The notes under the pieces are model-generated. The model searched no databases. It was not told where the DNA came from and saw only the letters and a list, made by a program, of their open reading frames with translations. Shown in pieces: positions 38,048 through 47,787 of a stretch of DNA of 64,000 bases. The stretch lies in NCBI GenBank assembly GCA_902512755.1, contig CABXKB010000003.1, positions 2,324 through 66,323 on the forward strand, given 5' to 3'. The number at the start of each line of letters is the position of its first letter. Position 1 is the first letter of the stretch. The translations under genes and the position numbers were made by a program. This DNA is from an uncultured Bacteroidota bacterium (GTDB lineage: Bacteria > Bacteroidota > Bacteroidia > Flavobacteriales > Flavobacteriaceae).

Positions 38048-39088
38048 TTACCTAGAGACTCGACCAGAGGTGTCTCCGTCTATTAACTTTTCAATTTCTG
38101 ATATAGATACTAAATTTGCATCGCCTTTAATAGTATGTTTAAGGCATGATGCAGCTGCAGCGTAATCTATAGCTTTTTGATCATTCTTCGGGAACTTAAT
38201 TAGTCCATAAATCAAGGCACCCATAAAAGAATCACCTCCACCTATCCTGTCTACGATATGTGTGATATGATATTGAGAACTTTTATACATTATCGAACCA
38301 TCATATAATACACCTGCCCAAGTATTATTAGACGCAGAAATTGAACCTCGTAATGTTATAATAATTTTTTGAGCCCTGGGAAATTTAGTATGCATTTGTT
38401 GGCAAACTGATAAGAAGTTTTCTGCATTTAAACTATCTCCTTGAGTTAAAATATCCAAATCTTCAGGCTTTATATCAAAATGAGCATCAGCATCTTCCTC
38501 ATTTCCAAGAATGATATCACAGTATGAGGTTAATTCAGTCATAATTTCTTTTCGATTTCCTGAATAATTCCAAAGCTTAGAGCGATAGTTTAAATCAGTT
38601 GAAATTTTTAATCCCATATGGTCTGCAATTTTTAGCGCTTCTAAACATGTATCTGCGGCACTTTGTGATATTGCTGGAGTAATTCCAGTCCAATGAAACC
38701 ATTGAGCATCTTTAAAAACATCTTCCCAATCTACCATTCCTGGTTTTATTTCAGACATAGAAGAATGAGATCGATCATAGATTACCTTACTTGCACGACT
38801 TACAGCACCTGTTTCTAAGAAATATATACCTAATCTATCACCTCCATCTATTATATGCTTTGTACCAACATTATGTTTTCGCATTTCCATCAAAGCACAA
38901 TGACCTATATCGTTTTTTGGTATACGGGTAATGAATTGAACAGGCAAACCATAGTTTGCAAGAGAAACTGCAACATTTGCTTCTCCACCTCCATAATTTA
39001 CTTCAAAACTTCTAGCTTGTGAGAAGCGTAAAAATTCAGGTGGTGCTAATCTTAACATGATTTCACCAAAAGTTACCACCTTTTTCAT
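38048..39088 (-). CDS. kdgK: 2-dehydro-3-deoxygluconokinase (PfkB family)
   Basis: 346 aa with N-terminal VVTFGEIMLRL and the PfkB signature DRIGGGDSFMGA. Confidence 0.85.
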   Translation of the reverse strand: MKKVVTFGEIMLRLAPPEFLRFSQARSFEVNYGGGEANVAVSLANYGLPVQFITRIPKNDIGHCALMEMRKHNVGTKHIIDGGDRLGIYFLETGAVSRASKVIYDRSHSSMSEIKPGMVDWEDVFKDAQWFHWTGITPAISQSAADTCLEALKIADHMGLKISTDLNYRSKLWNYSGNRKEIMTELTSYCDIILGNEEDADAHFDIKPEDLDILTQGDSLNAENFLSVCQQMHTKFPRAQKIIITLRGSISASNNTWAGVLYDGSIMYKSSQYHITHIVDRIGGGDSFMGALIYGLIKFPKNDQKAIDYAAAASCLKHTIKGDANLVSISEIEKLIDGDTSGRVSR

Positions 39089-39155
39089 AATTAAATCTAA
39101 AACTTAAATTTCATTAATATTACAAATCAATAATAAAAAATTTATTCGGATAGAA

Positions 39156-40844
39156 TTAAATCAATCCTTTTTTCATTTGTTGAATTGCATAATTAGCCGC
39201 TCTTGCACTTATTGCCATAAATGTTAAAGAGGGATTCTGAGTAGAAGTTGAGGTCATACATGCGCCGTCAGTTACAAAAACATTTTTACATCCATGCATT
39301 TGATTCCATTTGTTTAGTAATGAAGTTTGAGGGTCTCTACCCATACGTACACCTCCCATCTCATGAATATCATTTCCGGGTTTACGCCCATTATCATTTG
39401 TTGTAATGTTTACAAAACCAGCTTTTTCGTACATTTCTGTAAACTGTTCATAGAAATCCTGAATCATTTTTTCATCATTATCATCATAGTTTACATCTAT
39501 GTTAAGTAAGGGAATCCCCCATTCGTCATTTTTTTCAGGATCTAAACTAACTAGGTTAGTTGATTTAGGAATTGTTTCACCCATCATATGTGAATTTACA
39601 TTCCAAACACCAGTTTCTTTGGAATTTAGTAGTTGATTCGTCAACTCTGCACCAAAACCCTTTCTGACAGTCTTTCTTTGTGGTTGAGCTCCAAAACCTG
39701 CAGCATATCCTCGCAGAAAATCTGTTTCTTGCCTATATATGTTCCGAAATCTAGGAACATAATGTGAGGTAGGTTTAGCACCTTCTGTAGTATAATTTGG
39801 AAAACCCTCAAACCGAGCATTAATCGTAGCTCTATAATTATGAAAGGCTATAAATTTACCAAGTAGTCCATTATCATTTCCTAGCCCGTCAGGAAAACGA
39901 TCTGATTTTGAATTTAGAAGAATTAAATTCGTGTTTAGAGTTGAAGCTGAAACAAAAACAACTTTTGCAAAATAGTCTTGACTCTCTTTTGAATTTGAAT
40001 CGATGACTCTAACCCCAATTGCTTTTTTTTGATCTTCATCATAAAGAATAGAATGAACTACGGAATTTGATTTTAATGTTAGATTTCCTGTTTTAAGCGC
40101 CCATGGAATCAATGTGGAATTGACATTGAAATAGCCCCCTAAAGGGCAACCTCTTTGACATATTTGTCGACTCACGCACAAACCACGTCCTTGTTCAACA
40201 AAAATTGGACGGCTCTCTGTCAAGTGGGCACAACGCCCATAAATGACATGACGATCTTTATAATATTTTTTAACTTGTTGGCTAAAATATTCTTCAACCA
40301 CATTAGATTCCCAAGGTTTCAGGAAATCGCCATCAGGTAGAATATCTAATCCATCTTTATTGCCACTCACACCTACAAACTTCTCTACGTATGTATACCA
40401 ATCTGCAAGATCATTATATCGAATAGGCCAATCTACTGCAAAACCGTCTCTAGCAGGGCCTTCAAAATCAAAAGGACTCCAACGTTGTACTTGTCTTGCC
40501 CACATGATTGACTTTCCCCCTACCTGATAGCCGCGAATCCAATCAAAAGGCTTTTTCTGGATATAGGGATGATCTTTATCTTTAACGAAGAAATGCTTTG
40601 CATCTTCACGAAAAGCATAACAACTACTTGCTATTGGGTTCTCTTTAATTTCTTTTGCCGTTAATTGCCCACGACGTTTAAACTCCCAAGGCAGCATGTT
40701 AGTAGTTGGATAATCTTCAAGATGTTTAACGTTAGGACCCCGCTCTAGAAGCAATGTTTTAAAACCTTGTTCGGCAAACTCTTTCGCGGCCCAACCACCA
40801 GCCATTCCAGCACCAACTACAATAGTATCAAAAGTGTTTGTCAT
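39156..40844 (-). CDS. GMC family FAD-dependent oxidoreductase
   Basis: 562 aa with an N-terminal FAD fold DTIVVGAGMAGGWAAKE and a C-terminal GMC region with HEMGGVRMG. Confidence 0.85.
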   Translation of the reverse strand: MTNTFDTIVVGAGMAGGWAAKEFAEQGFKTLLLERGPNVKHLEDYPTTNMLPWEFKRRGQLTAKEIKENPIASSCYAFREDAKHFFVKDKDHPYIQKKPFDWIRGYQVGGKSIMWARQVQRWSPFDFEGPARDGFAVDWPIRYNDLADWYTYVEKFVGVSGNKDGLDILPDGDFLKPWESNVVEEYFSQQVKKYYKDRHVIYGRCAHLTESRPIFVEQGRGLCVSRQICQRGCPLGGYFNVNSTLIPWALKTGNLTLKSNSVVHSILYDEDQKKAIGVRVIDSNSKESQDYFAKVVFVSASTLNTNLILLNSKSDRFPDGLGNDNGLLGKFIAFHNYRATINARFEGFPNYTTEGAKPTSHYVPRFRNIYRQETDFLRGYAAGFGAQPQRKTVRKGFGAELTNQLLNSKETGVWNVNSHMMGETIPKSTNLVSLDPEKNDEWGIPLLNIDVNYDDNDEKMIQDFYEQFTEMYEKAGFVNITTNDNGRKPGNDIHEMGGVRMGRDPQTSLLNKWNQMHGCKNVFVTDGACMTSTSTQNPSLTFMAISARAANYAIQQMKKGLI

Positions 40845-40846
40845 AT

Positions 40847-41368
40847 TTAAACTTTAACCTTTACTCCACCATCGTAACGACCAGGCATGAATTCATAATT
40901 CAAATAGTTGATCATATAGTTTTCAGAAGTCTCAAAATGAATAAGTGAATAATGCTTTAAATAATTTAAAAATATACCTATTTCAGATTTTTCATTATCA
41001 ATGAAGTTAGCTACTATATTATTTTTTTCATCAAGAGACAAATCATGAAAATTATTTTTTTTTACTTCTAAAATTTCATTTTGAAAGCTATTTAATCCAA
41101 CTGAAAATTCTATTCTCTTCTCATTCTCTAAACAGTCATTTATCATTGTAAGGACAAAATGTTCTCGGGTTTCTGGTGTAGGAAAATTATTAAAATCTGT
41201 AGGCAATATTATATCACATATATCTGCTATCAAGTCTTGTTCTTTCTTTTTTAATAAAGGAAAGTTGGAATAACTAATTTGGGTTTCAAAACTGCAATTG
41301 TATGGAAGAGTTAAAATTCCTCCAGTTATCAATCCAATATTTTTAAGTGCTTTTCTTCGACGGATCAT
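40847..41368 (-). CDS. Gluconate 2-dehydrogenase subunit 3 family protein (TAT-signal small subunit)
   Basis: 173 aa with a twin-arginine leader MIRRRKALKNIGLITGG. Lies immediately upstream of the GMC gene (2-nt gap). Confidence 0.65.
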   Translation of the reverse strand: MIRRRKALKNIGLITGGILTLPYNCSFETQISYSNFPLLKKKEQDLIADICDIILPTDFNNFPTPETREHFVLTMINDCLENEKRIEFSVGLNSFQNEILEVKKNNFHDLSLDEKNNIVANFIDNEKSEIGIFLNYLKHYSLIHFETSENYMINYLNYEFMPGRYDGGVKVKV

Positions 41369-41387
41369 CTAAAATTTATATCTGCAA

Positions 41388-42731
41388 TTAAAAATCACGA
41401 TACATTCCACTCAAATATGCGTTAGCTTCATCTTCTTGGAAACGGGCATTAGTATTATCCCAATGAAGAGTCTTGTTAGGAAAGCGTCCTGCAATTACTC
41501 CTAAAAGAATGGTTTCTGTCAATCTAGACGAATAAGAAAAGGGTGCTGAAACTTTATCTTTTCCTAGGCAAGCATCTACAAATTGATGGTAATGCTTAGG
41601 TGCGTCTCTTTCATAATCATTTTTAGTATTTCCTAGGGCATCATTAGGGTCATATTTTTTTATATCAATTTCTTTATACTCTCCATTAACAATGTGTCTA
41701 GGGCGTTCCATGAAATGTGGGAGTAATAGACGTCCTTTTTCTCCAATGAACATAGCTCCTTGAAGTGGAAGTTTGTCACGATTAGGCAACTTTAGATCTT
41801 TATTAATATATGGAGCTCCAGGACCATCAGACCATACCCAAGTAAGGTTTTCAGTAGTATATGGAGTGCCAGGAAAAGTGTAAGTAACACTATTATTTAC
41901 GGGAAAGCCATAACCATTTGGTTTTCTACATTTATTTTTAATGGTTAATGGGACATCTAACGCCAATGCGTTATATGGTGTGTCGAAAATATGAACACCC
42001 ATGTCGCCTAATGTTCCACAACCATAATCAACAAGCTTACGCCAATTTCCAGGATGATAGAATTTATCTTTGTAAGGTCTCTCGGGAGAAGTCCCTAACC
42101 ATAAATTCCAATCTAGTGTTTCTGGAATTGGATCTTTGCCTTTTGGAGCTGGACCATCATATCCCCAGTTTTTTGGAGACCAAGCCCTTACAGTATGAAC
42201 TTTACCTATTATTCCTGATTGAATCAGAACAGTAGCAAGTTTGTAGTCATAAAAAGAGTGGACCTGGATACCCATTTGGGTAATTAAATTTTTTTCTTCT
42301 GCTAACTTTCTCATTTCGCGCGCTTCAGAGACAAAATGTGTGAGTGGCTTTTGACAATAAACAGGCTTATTCATTTCCATAGCCATGATGGATGCAGGAG
42401 CATGAGTGTGATCAGGTGTTGAAACTATAACCGCATCAAATTCTGTAGACATGTCATTTAACATTATTCGGTAGTCATTGTATGTTTTAGCTTTTGGGTA
42501 AATCTTGTTAGCTGTAGCTAAAGCTTTGGAATCTACATCACATATTGCCACGACATCGACCGAGTCGTGAGAAGCAATCGAAGAAAGGTCTGCTGCTCCC
42601 ATTCCACCAACACCAATGTGTGCAGTTCTCAAACGGGTTTTAGACTCAGTAAAAGAAGCTAAAAGTGAGGAGGGAATTATAGAAGTTGAAGCTAATAAGG
42701 CTGATGTTTTTAAAAATTCTCTTTTTTTCAT
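41388..42731 (-). CDS. Gfo/Idh/MocA family oxidoreductase, TAT-exported
   Basis: TAT-like leader KKREFLKTSALLAS and a Rossmann fold HIGVGGMGAAD, followed by a GFO_IDH_MocA C-terminal domain. Confidence 0.85.
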   Translation of the reverse strand: MKKREFLKTSALLASTSIIPSSLLASFTESKTRLRTAHIGVGGMGAADLSSIASHDSVDVVAICDVDSKALATANKIYPKAKTYNDYRIMLNDMSTEFDAVIVSTPDHTHAPASIMAMEMNKPVYCQKPLTHFVSEAREMRKLAEEKNLITQMGIQVHSFYDYKLATVLIQSGIIGKVHTVRAWSPKNWGYDGPAPKGKDPIPETLDWNLWLGTSPERPYKDKFYHPGNWRKLVDYGCGTLGDMGVHIFDTPYNALALDVPLTIKNKCRKPNGYGFPVNNSVTYTFPGTPYTTENLTWVWSDGPGAPYINKDLKLPNRDKLPLQGAMFIGEKGRLLLPHFMERPRHIVNGEYKEIDIKKYDPNDALGNTKNDYERDAPKHYHQFVDACLGKDKVSAPFSYSSRLTETILLGVIAGRFPNKTLHWDNTNARFQEDEANAYLSGMYRDF

Positions 42732-42918
42732 GTTTTTCGTTTATAATTTTTTAAAAATGTTTAAAATTAAATTTCACCCAAAAACAAAATTCATAGAACT
42801 TTTAGGAATTAGTCAATGAACATTGTGTTTTACAAAGATAAATATCAAAATATTTATCTAAATATATATAGAAATAAGATGTAAAATATTATATTTGATT
42901 TAAAATAATTTTTTCGTC

Positions 42919-44250
42919 ATGAATTATACAAAGCAATTAATTTTAACTTCTCTTTTTTTCTTCGGCATTGCTATTAATGCTCAAACTAGTGAAAATCCTT
43001 GGGCTATAGCTGTTGGTGCAGACCTAATTAATCTTCAGGGAGACAATGTGGAATCCGGATTAAATTTTGGTGCTCCAGCCCTCAGTTTATCAAGATATAT
43101 CAGTTCAGGCTTATCTGTAGGAATACAATATGGCCTTGGTAGTGCAAGTGATAATATTGACTTAGATTATTCTTACCTAGATGGAGTTGTTAAATTTAAT
43201 CTCAGTGAAGAAAATGTTGTCCCATATCTTTTTGCAGGTTACGGTCTTAGTAGATTTGCTGACGGAAAAGAAAAAGAAGGGGCTTTCCCTTCTGGCGAAA
43301 GCGGAAGAACGACCTTCGGAGGTATTGGTGTTAATATACCAATTGGAGACCAACTAAATGTAAATATAAGTACGTCCTACAGAGGGACCTCGGAAACTCC
43401 TGACTCATACAATCATCTTCAACATATAATTGGTCTTAGCTATAATTTTGGGGCTGGAGATGCGGATGGGGATGGTGTATCTGATAAAAAAGATGAATGT
43501 CCAGATATTCCAGGTTTAAAAGAATTTAATGGATGTCCTGATACTGATGGAGATGGAATTCCTGATACAAAAGATCGATGTCCCGAAGAGGCTGGCTCAG
43601 AAGAATTACAAGGGTGTCCAGATGCTGATGGTGATGGTGTTGCTGATATTGATGATGCATGTCCAAACAAAGCTGGAAGTGTTGAAATGAAAGGTTGTCC
43701 TGATTCTGATGGTGATGGTGTTGCTGATAACATTGATCGTTGTCCTGAAGTTGCAGGAGATGAAGCAAATGCGGGATGTCCATGGGCAGATTCTGATGGT
43801 GATGGTGTCCCGGATAAAGATGATTCTTGTCCTGATGTTGCTGGAACTATTGAAAATAGTGGTTGTCCAGCTGATCCAACTGATTTAATTAATTTCAGTA
43901 ACAATGGCGACAATAGAATTTTGTTTAAAGCAAGTAGTAGTAAATTAGATGCTGGCGATAAAAAAACTCTTGATAAACTTGTTGGATTATTAGGTCAATA
44001 CGAAACAGCATCTATCATTATTGAAGGTCATGCCTCCAGCGATGGAAGTAAATCATATAATCAAAAACTTTCTGAACAACGTGCCGCTTCCGTAAAAGCA
44101 TATCTTTTAGAAAAAGGAATTGCTAATGACAGATTATCAACCATAGGTTATGGTGAATCAAAACCCATTGGAAATAATAGTACTGCTAAAGGAAGAGCAG
44201 ATAATAGAAGGGTAAATATCAATCGAAGCGCAAATGTCAAGATTAATTAA
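42919..44250 (+). CDS. OmpA family outer-membrane protein with thrombospondin type 3 repeats
   Basis: Signal peptide, N-terminal beta-barrel, five DxDxDGxxDxxDxCP calcium-binding repeats, and a C-terminal OmpA domain (GHASSDGS..YNQKLSEQRA...NRRV). Confidence 0.9.
   Translation: MNYTKQLILTSLFFFGIAINAQTSENPWAIAVGADLINLQGDNVESGLNFGAPALSLSRYISSGLSVGIQYGLGSASDNIDLDYSYLDGVVKFNLSEENVVPYLFAGYGLSRFADGKEKEGAFPSGESGRTTFGGIGVNIPIGDQLNVNISTSYRGTSETPDSYNHLQHIIGLSYNFGAGDADGDGVSDKKDECPDIPGLKEFNGCPDTDGDGIPDTKDRCPEEAGSEELQGCPDADGDGVADIDDACPNKAGSVEMKGCPDSDGDGVADNIDRCPEVAGDEANAGCPWADSDGDGVPDKDDSCPDVAGTIENSGCPADPTDLINFSNNGDNRILFKASSSKLDAGDKKTLDKLVGLLGQYETASIIIEGHASSDGSKSYNQKLSEQRAASVKAYLLEKGIANDRLSTIGYGESKPIGNNSTAKGRADNRRVNINRSANVKIN
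43447..43873 (+). repeat. Tandem coding repeats (about 72 nt, TSP3-type) inside the ompA-family gene
   Basis: Recurrent GATGGTGATGGTGTTGCTGAT / TGTCCTGA units encoding GCPD.DGDGV.D..D.CP. Confidence 0.8.
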
Positions 44251-44270
44251 ATAACTTTAATTAAATAATT

Positions 44271-44303
44271 AAAAACCTCCTTTATTTCAGGGAGGTTTTT
44301 TTT
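44271..44303 (+). terminator. Rho-independent terminator after the ompA-family gene
   Basis: AAAAACCTCC-tttatttcag-GGAGGTTTTTTTT. Confidence 0.75.
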
Positions 44304-44313
44304 ATCAAAAAAA

Positions 44314-45795
44314 ATGAAAAAAACCATTACTCTCATTTGCTTATGTATTTCTTTTTTTTGCTATGCCCAAAAAAGAGAACTACCTATTGACACCATTGTG
44401 ATTACAAATCACAGTACAATCATTAAAGGTGAAAAGTTAAACTATCAAGCTCAAACGGGAACCCAGCCTGTATGGGATATTGACGGAAATCCTATTGCTA
44501 GTTTATTCTACACTTATTACAAAAGAACTGATATTAAAAACGGTGGTGAGCGTCCTCTTATTTTTTCTTTTAATGGTGGGCCTGGCTCAGCATCAGTTTG
44601 GATGCATTTAGCTTATACAGGTCCTAAAATTCTTAAAATTGACGATGAAGGCTACCCTATCCAACCTTATGGATATAAAAGCAATCCAAACTCTATCATA
44701 GATGTTGCTGATATTGTATTTATTAATCCTGTTAATACTGCATATTCGAGAATCCTCGAGGTTGATGGAAAAAAAGCAGATAGAGAAAAGTTTTTTGGAA
44801 TTAATGAAGATATTAAATACCTAGCTGAATGGCTTAATACTTTTGTAAGTAGAAAACAACGTTGGGAATCTCCAAAATACCTAATTGGTGAAAGTTATGG
44901 TGGTACACGTGTTATGGGGTTGTCTGCTGAACTTCAGGAGCGCCAATGGATGTATCTTAACGGAGTTATTATGGTATCCCCTGCTGATTATAAAGTTATT
45001 CGGGTAGGAGGTCCTATTTCCTCGGCATTAAACTTACCATATTATACTGCGACCGCATGGTATCATAAAAAATTAACTACTGATCTACAGAGTGAAGATC
45101 TAAAAGATATCCTTCCTGAGGTAGAAAGTTTTACCATTAATGAATTGATCCCTGCGCTGACCAAAGGAGGATTTATTTCAGACTCTGAACTTAATTCTGT
45201 TGCATCTAAAATGTCTCGTTATTCTGGACTTTCTAAAAAAACGATACTTCAAAATAATCTAGATGTCAAAACAAATTTTTTCTGGAAAGATTTATTGCGT
45301 GACCAAGGAATGACAATTGGAAGATTAGATTCACGTTATTTAGGAATTGACAAAAAAGATGTTGGAATTCGTCCAGACTACAATTCGGAACTCAAATCCT
45401 GGGAGCATTCTTTTACTCCTGCAATAAATCATTATATCCGAAAAGAACTAAAGTTCATAACTGATATTAAGTATAATGTTTTTGGACCAGTTCATCCGTG
45501 GAATAACGATAATGATAATACGCGAGAAAATCTAAGGCTTGCTATGGCAGAGAATCCATACTTAAAAGTTCTGTTTCAATCCGGTTATTATGATGGGGCA
45601 ACAACCTACTTCAATGCTAAATATACTATGTGGCAAATAGATCCTAGTGGAAAAATGAAGAATCGCTTTTACTTTAAAGGTTATCGAAGTGGACATATGA
45701 TGTACCTTCGTAATGAAGACTTAATTAAGGCTAATGATGACCTTAGAAATTTTATTTTAAACACAACGACAAACGGAAAACCTGCTAAGTATTAA
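44314..45795 (+). CDS. S10 family serine carboxypeptidase-like protein
   Basis: 493 aa with a signal peptide, FNGGPGSAS, and catalytic Ser motif GESYGG. Confidence 0.8.
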   Translation: MKKTITLICLCISFFCYAQKRELPIDTIVITNHSTIIKGEKLNYQAQTGTQPVWDIDGNPIASLFYTYYKRTDIKNGGERPLIFSFNGGPGSASVWMHLAYTGPKILKIDDEGYPIQPYGYKSNPNSIIDVADIVFINPVNTAYSRILEVDGKKADREKFFGINEDIKYLAEWLNTFVSRKQRWESPKYLIGESYGGTRVMGLSAELQERQWMYLNGVIMVSPADYKVIRVGGPISSALNLPYYTATAWYHKKLTTDLQSEDLKDILPEVESFTINELIPALTKGGFISDSELNSVASKMSRYSGLSKKTILQNNLDVKTNFFWKDLLRDQGMTIGRLDSRYLGIDKKDVGIRPDYNSELKSWEHSFTPAINHYIRKELKFITDIKYNVFGPVHPWNNDNDNTRENLRLAMAENPYLKVLFQSGYYDGATTYFNAKYTMWQIDPSGKMKNRFYFKGYRSGHMMYLRNEDLIKANDDLRNFILNTTTNGKPAKY

Positions 45796-45804
45796 AATAT
45801 TTTT

Positions 45805-46710
45805 CTAAATATCACATAGCTCAACGGCTGCTCTTAAGGAATTAATGCCACCATTAGTCCTGTCAAGGGGAATAAATTCTTGTGCAACTACCCCTTTAAA
45901 ACCTGTTTCATAAATAGCTTTCATAATAGCTGGGTAATATAACTCTTGGGTTTTATCTAGCTCGTTACGACCAGGAACGCCCGCTGTGTGATAGTGGCCA
46001 TAATATTTGTGATTTTCTTGAATGGTATGGATTAAATCTCCTTCCATTATTTGCATATGATAGATATCATAAAGTAATTTAAAATTATTTGAACCTAAAG
46101 CCTTGCAAAGAGCTACACCCCAATTAGAATTATCACACATGTAGTCAGAATGGTCTATTTTAGAGTTTAATAGCTCCATATGCAATATAACACCATTTTC
46201 TTCAGCTAAAGGAATAATTTGGCTTAGCCCTTCAATACAATTTTCAAGACCTTCAGCGTCAGTCATTCCTCTTCTGTTTCCACTAAAACAAATTAAGTTT
46301 TTCCAACCTGCTTCGGAAACAAGTTTAATATGTCGTTTATAATTTAAAATTAGTTCGTTGTGAAATTTCTTATCACACCATCCATTAATTAGACTTCTTG
46401 TAGACTTCCCTTCCAAGTCTCCATAACACATTGTAGATTTCAAATCATATTTTTTTAGAATATCCCATCCTTCAGCACCTACTAGATCGATTCCTACTAA
46501 ACCTAATTTCTTAGCTTCTTGAGCTAATTTTTCTAATGGCATTTTATTATAACACCACTGACATACTGATTGATTTATATTTCCTTTTATTAATTGATTT
46601 GTAGAATTTGATGAAATCATATCATTCATTTTTGGAAAAGCCAAGGCTGAAGAGCCTAAGGCAAAAGTTTTGATGGCATTTCGACGATTAATTTTAAAAT
46701 TTTTATTCAT
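45805..46710 (-). CDS. Sugar phosphate isomerase/epimerase (xylose isomerase-like TIM barrel), TAT-exported
   Basis: Twin-arginine leader NRRNAIKTFALGSSALA. AP-endonuclease-2/hydroxypyruvate isomerase-like barrel motifs (HMELLN, HTAGVPGRNE). Confidence 0.8.
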   Translation of the reverse strand: MNKNFKINRRNAIKTFALGSSALAFPKMNDMISSNSTNQLIKGNINQSVCQWCYNKMPLEKLAQEAKKLGLVGIDLVGAEGWDILKKYDLKSTMCYGDLEGKSTRSLINGWCDKKFHNELILNYKRHIKLVSEAGWKNLICFSGNRRGMTDAEGLENCIEGLSQIIPLAEENGVILHMELLNSKIDHSDYMCDNSNWGVALCKALGSNNFKLLYDIYHMQIMEGDLIHTIQENHKYYGHYHTAGVPGRNELDKTQELYYPAIMKAIYETGFKGVVAQEFIPLDRTNGGINSLRAAVELCDI

Positions 46711-46754
46711 AATGTGCTTAGATAAATATAATATAAATACAATGTATTAAGTTT

Positions 46755-47774
46755 TTAGGAATTTTTGTCTATTTCTTTTTCCCAATTCCAGGCACTTTGT
46801 AAAGCTTCCTCCAGACTATATTTTGCTTTCCAACCAATTTGTTTTTCAATTTTCTTAACATCAGCATAAGCTGATATAGTATCGCCAACTCTAGGATTAG
46901 TAAATTTGTATGGCACTGACTCACCTGTTGTTTTCTCAAATGCTTTAATAACTTCTAATACACTGAATCCTCTTCCTGTACCTACATTAAAAGTTTCACA
47001 AGAAAATTTTTGATTTGAAGAAATCAAATAATAAATACTGTCTATATGGGCTTGGGCTAAATCCATTACATGAATGTAGTCCCTAATACAAGTGCCGTCT
47101 GGAGTATCATAATCTTTTCCAAATACTTTAAGTAATGATCGTTTTCCTATTACTGTTTGAGTCAAAAAAGGAACTAAATTTTGAGGAATCCCTTGCGGAT
47201 ACTCTCCAATTTTAGCCGAGGGGTGAGCTCCTACAGGATTAAAATAACGTAATAAAATTGACTTAAAATCTGAGTTTGCCTTACAACAATCTTTTATTAA
47301 CTGTTCACCAATTTGTTTTGTAAAGCCATAAGGAGAACTCGCTGGTTGAACAGATGAATTTTCATCTATAGGAAGCTTTAAAGCTTGTCCATATACTGTA
47401 CACGAAGAACTAAAGATTAGTGGTATATTTAATTCACATAATGGTTTTAGCAAATTTAATAATCCTCCTACATTATTTTGATAATAAGCAAGAGGTTTAT
47501 CTACACTTTCTCCTACAGATTTGTATGCAGCAAAATGAATTACACCATCAATATCAGTATGCTTCTTAAATAAATCCTGAATTTGATTTTGGTTTCTTAG
47601 GTCTAAATTATCAAAAAAAGGCTCTTTATTAGTAATTGCTTTAATTCCATTCAAGACTTCAATACGAGAATTATCTAGGTTATCAACAGATATTACCTCG
47701 ACACCCTTTTGCAAGAGCATTACGGTAACATGTGATCCTATGTAGCCTAAACCCCCAGTAACTAGTATTTTCAT
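46755..47774 (-). CDS. galE: UDP-glucose 4-epimerase
   Basis: 339 aa with KILVTGGLGYIGSH, the SPYGFTK (YxxxK) motif, and a typical GalE C-terminus. Confidence 0.9.
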   Translation of the reverse strand: MKILVTGGLGYIGSHVTVMLLQKGVEVISVDNLDNSRIEVLNGIKAITNKEPFFDNLDLRNQNQIQDLFKKHTDIDGVIHFAAYKSVGESVDKPLAYYQNNVGGLLNLLKPLCELNIPLIFSSSCTVYGQALKLPIDENSSVQPASSPYGFTKQIGEQLIKDCCKANSDFKSILLRYFNPVGAHPSAKIGEYPQGIPQNLVPFLTQTVIGKRSLLKVFGKDYDTPDGTCIRDYIHVMDLAQAHIDSIYYLISSNQKFSCETFNVGTGRGFSVLEVIKAFEKTTGESVPYKFTNPRVGDTISAYADVKKIEKQIGWKAKYSLEEALQSAWNWEKEIDKNS

Positions 47775-47787
47775 ATTAGTTAGGTGT

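Noticed and set aside
43440-43913. 157-aa and 85-aa minus-strand ORFs (43440-43913, 43526-43783) rich in Ser/Pro/Gly or His/Gln.
   Set aside because: These are antisense shadows of the TSP3 tandem repeats in the ompA-family gene. Low-complexity mirror translation, not genes.
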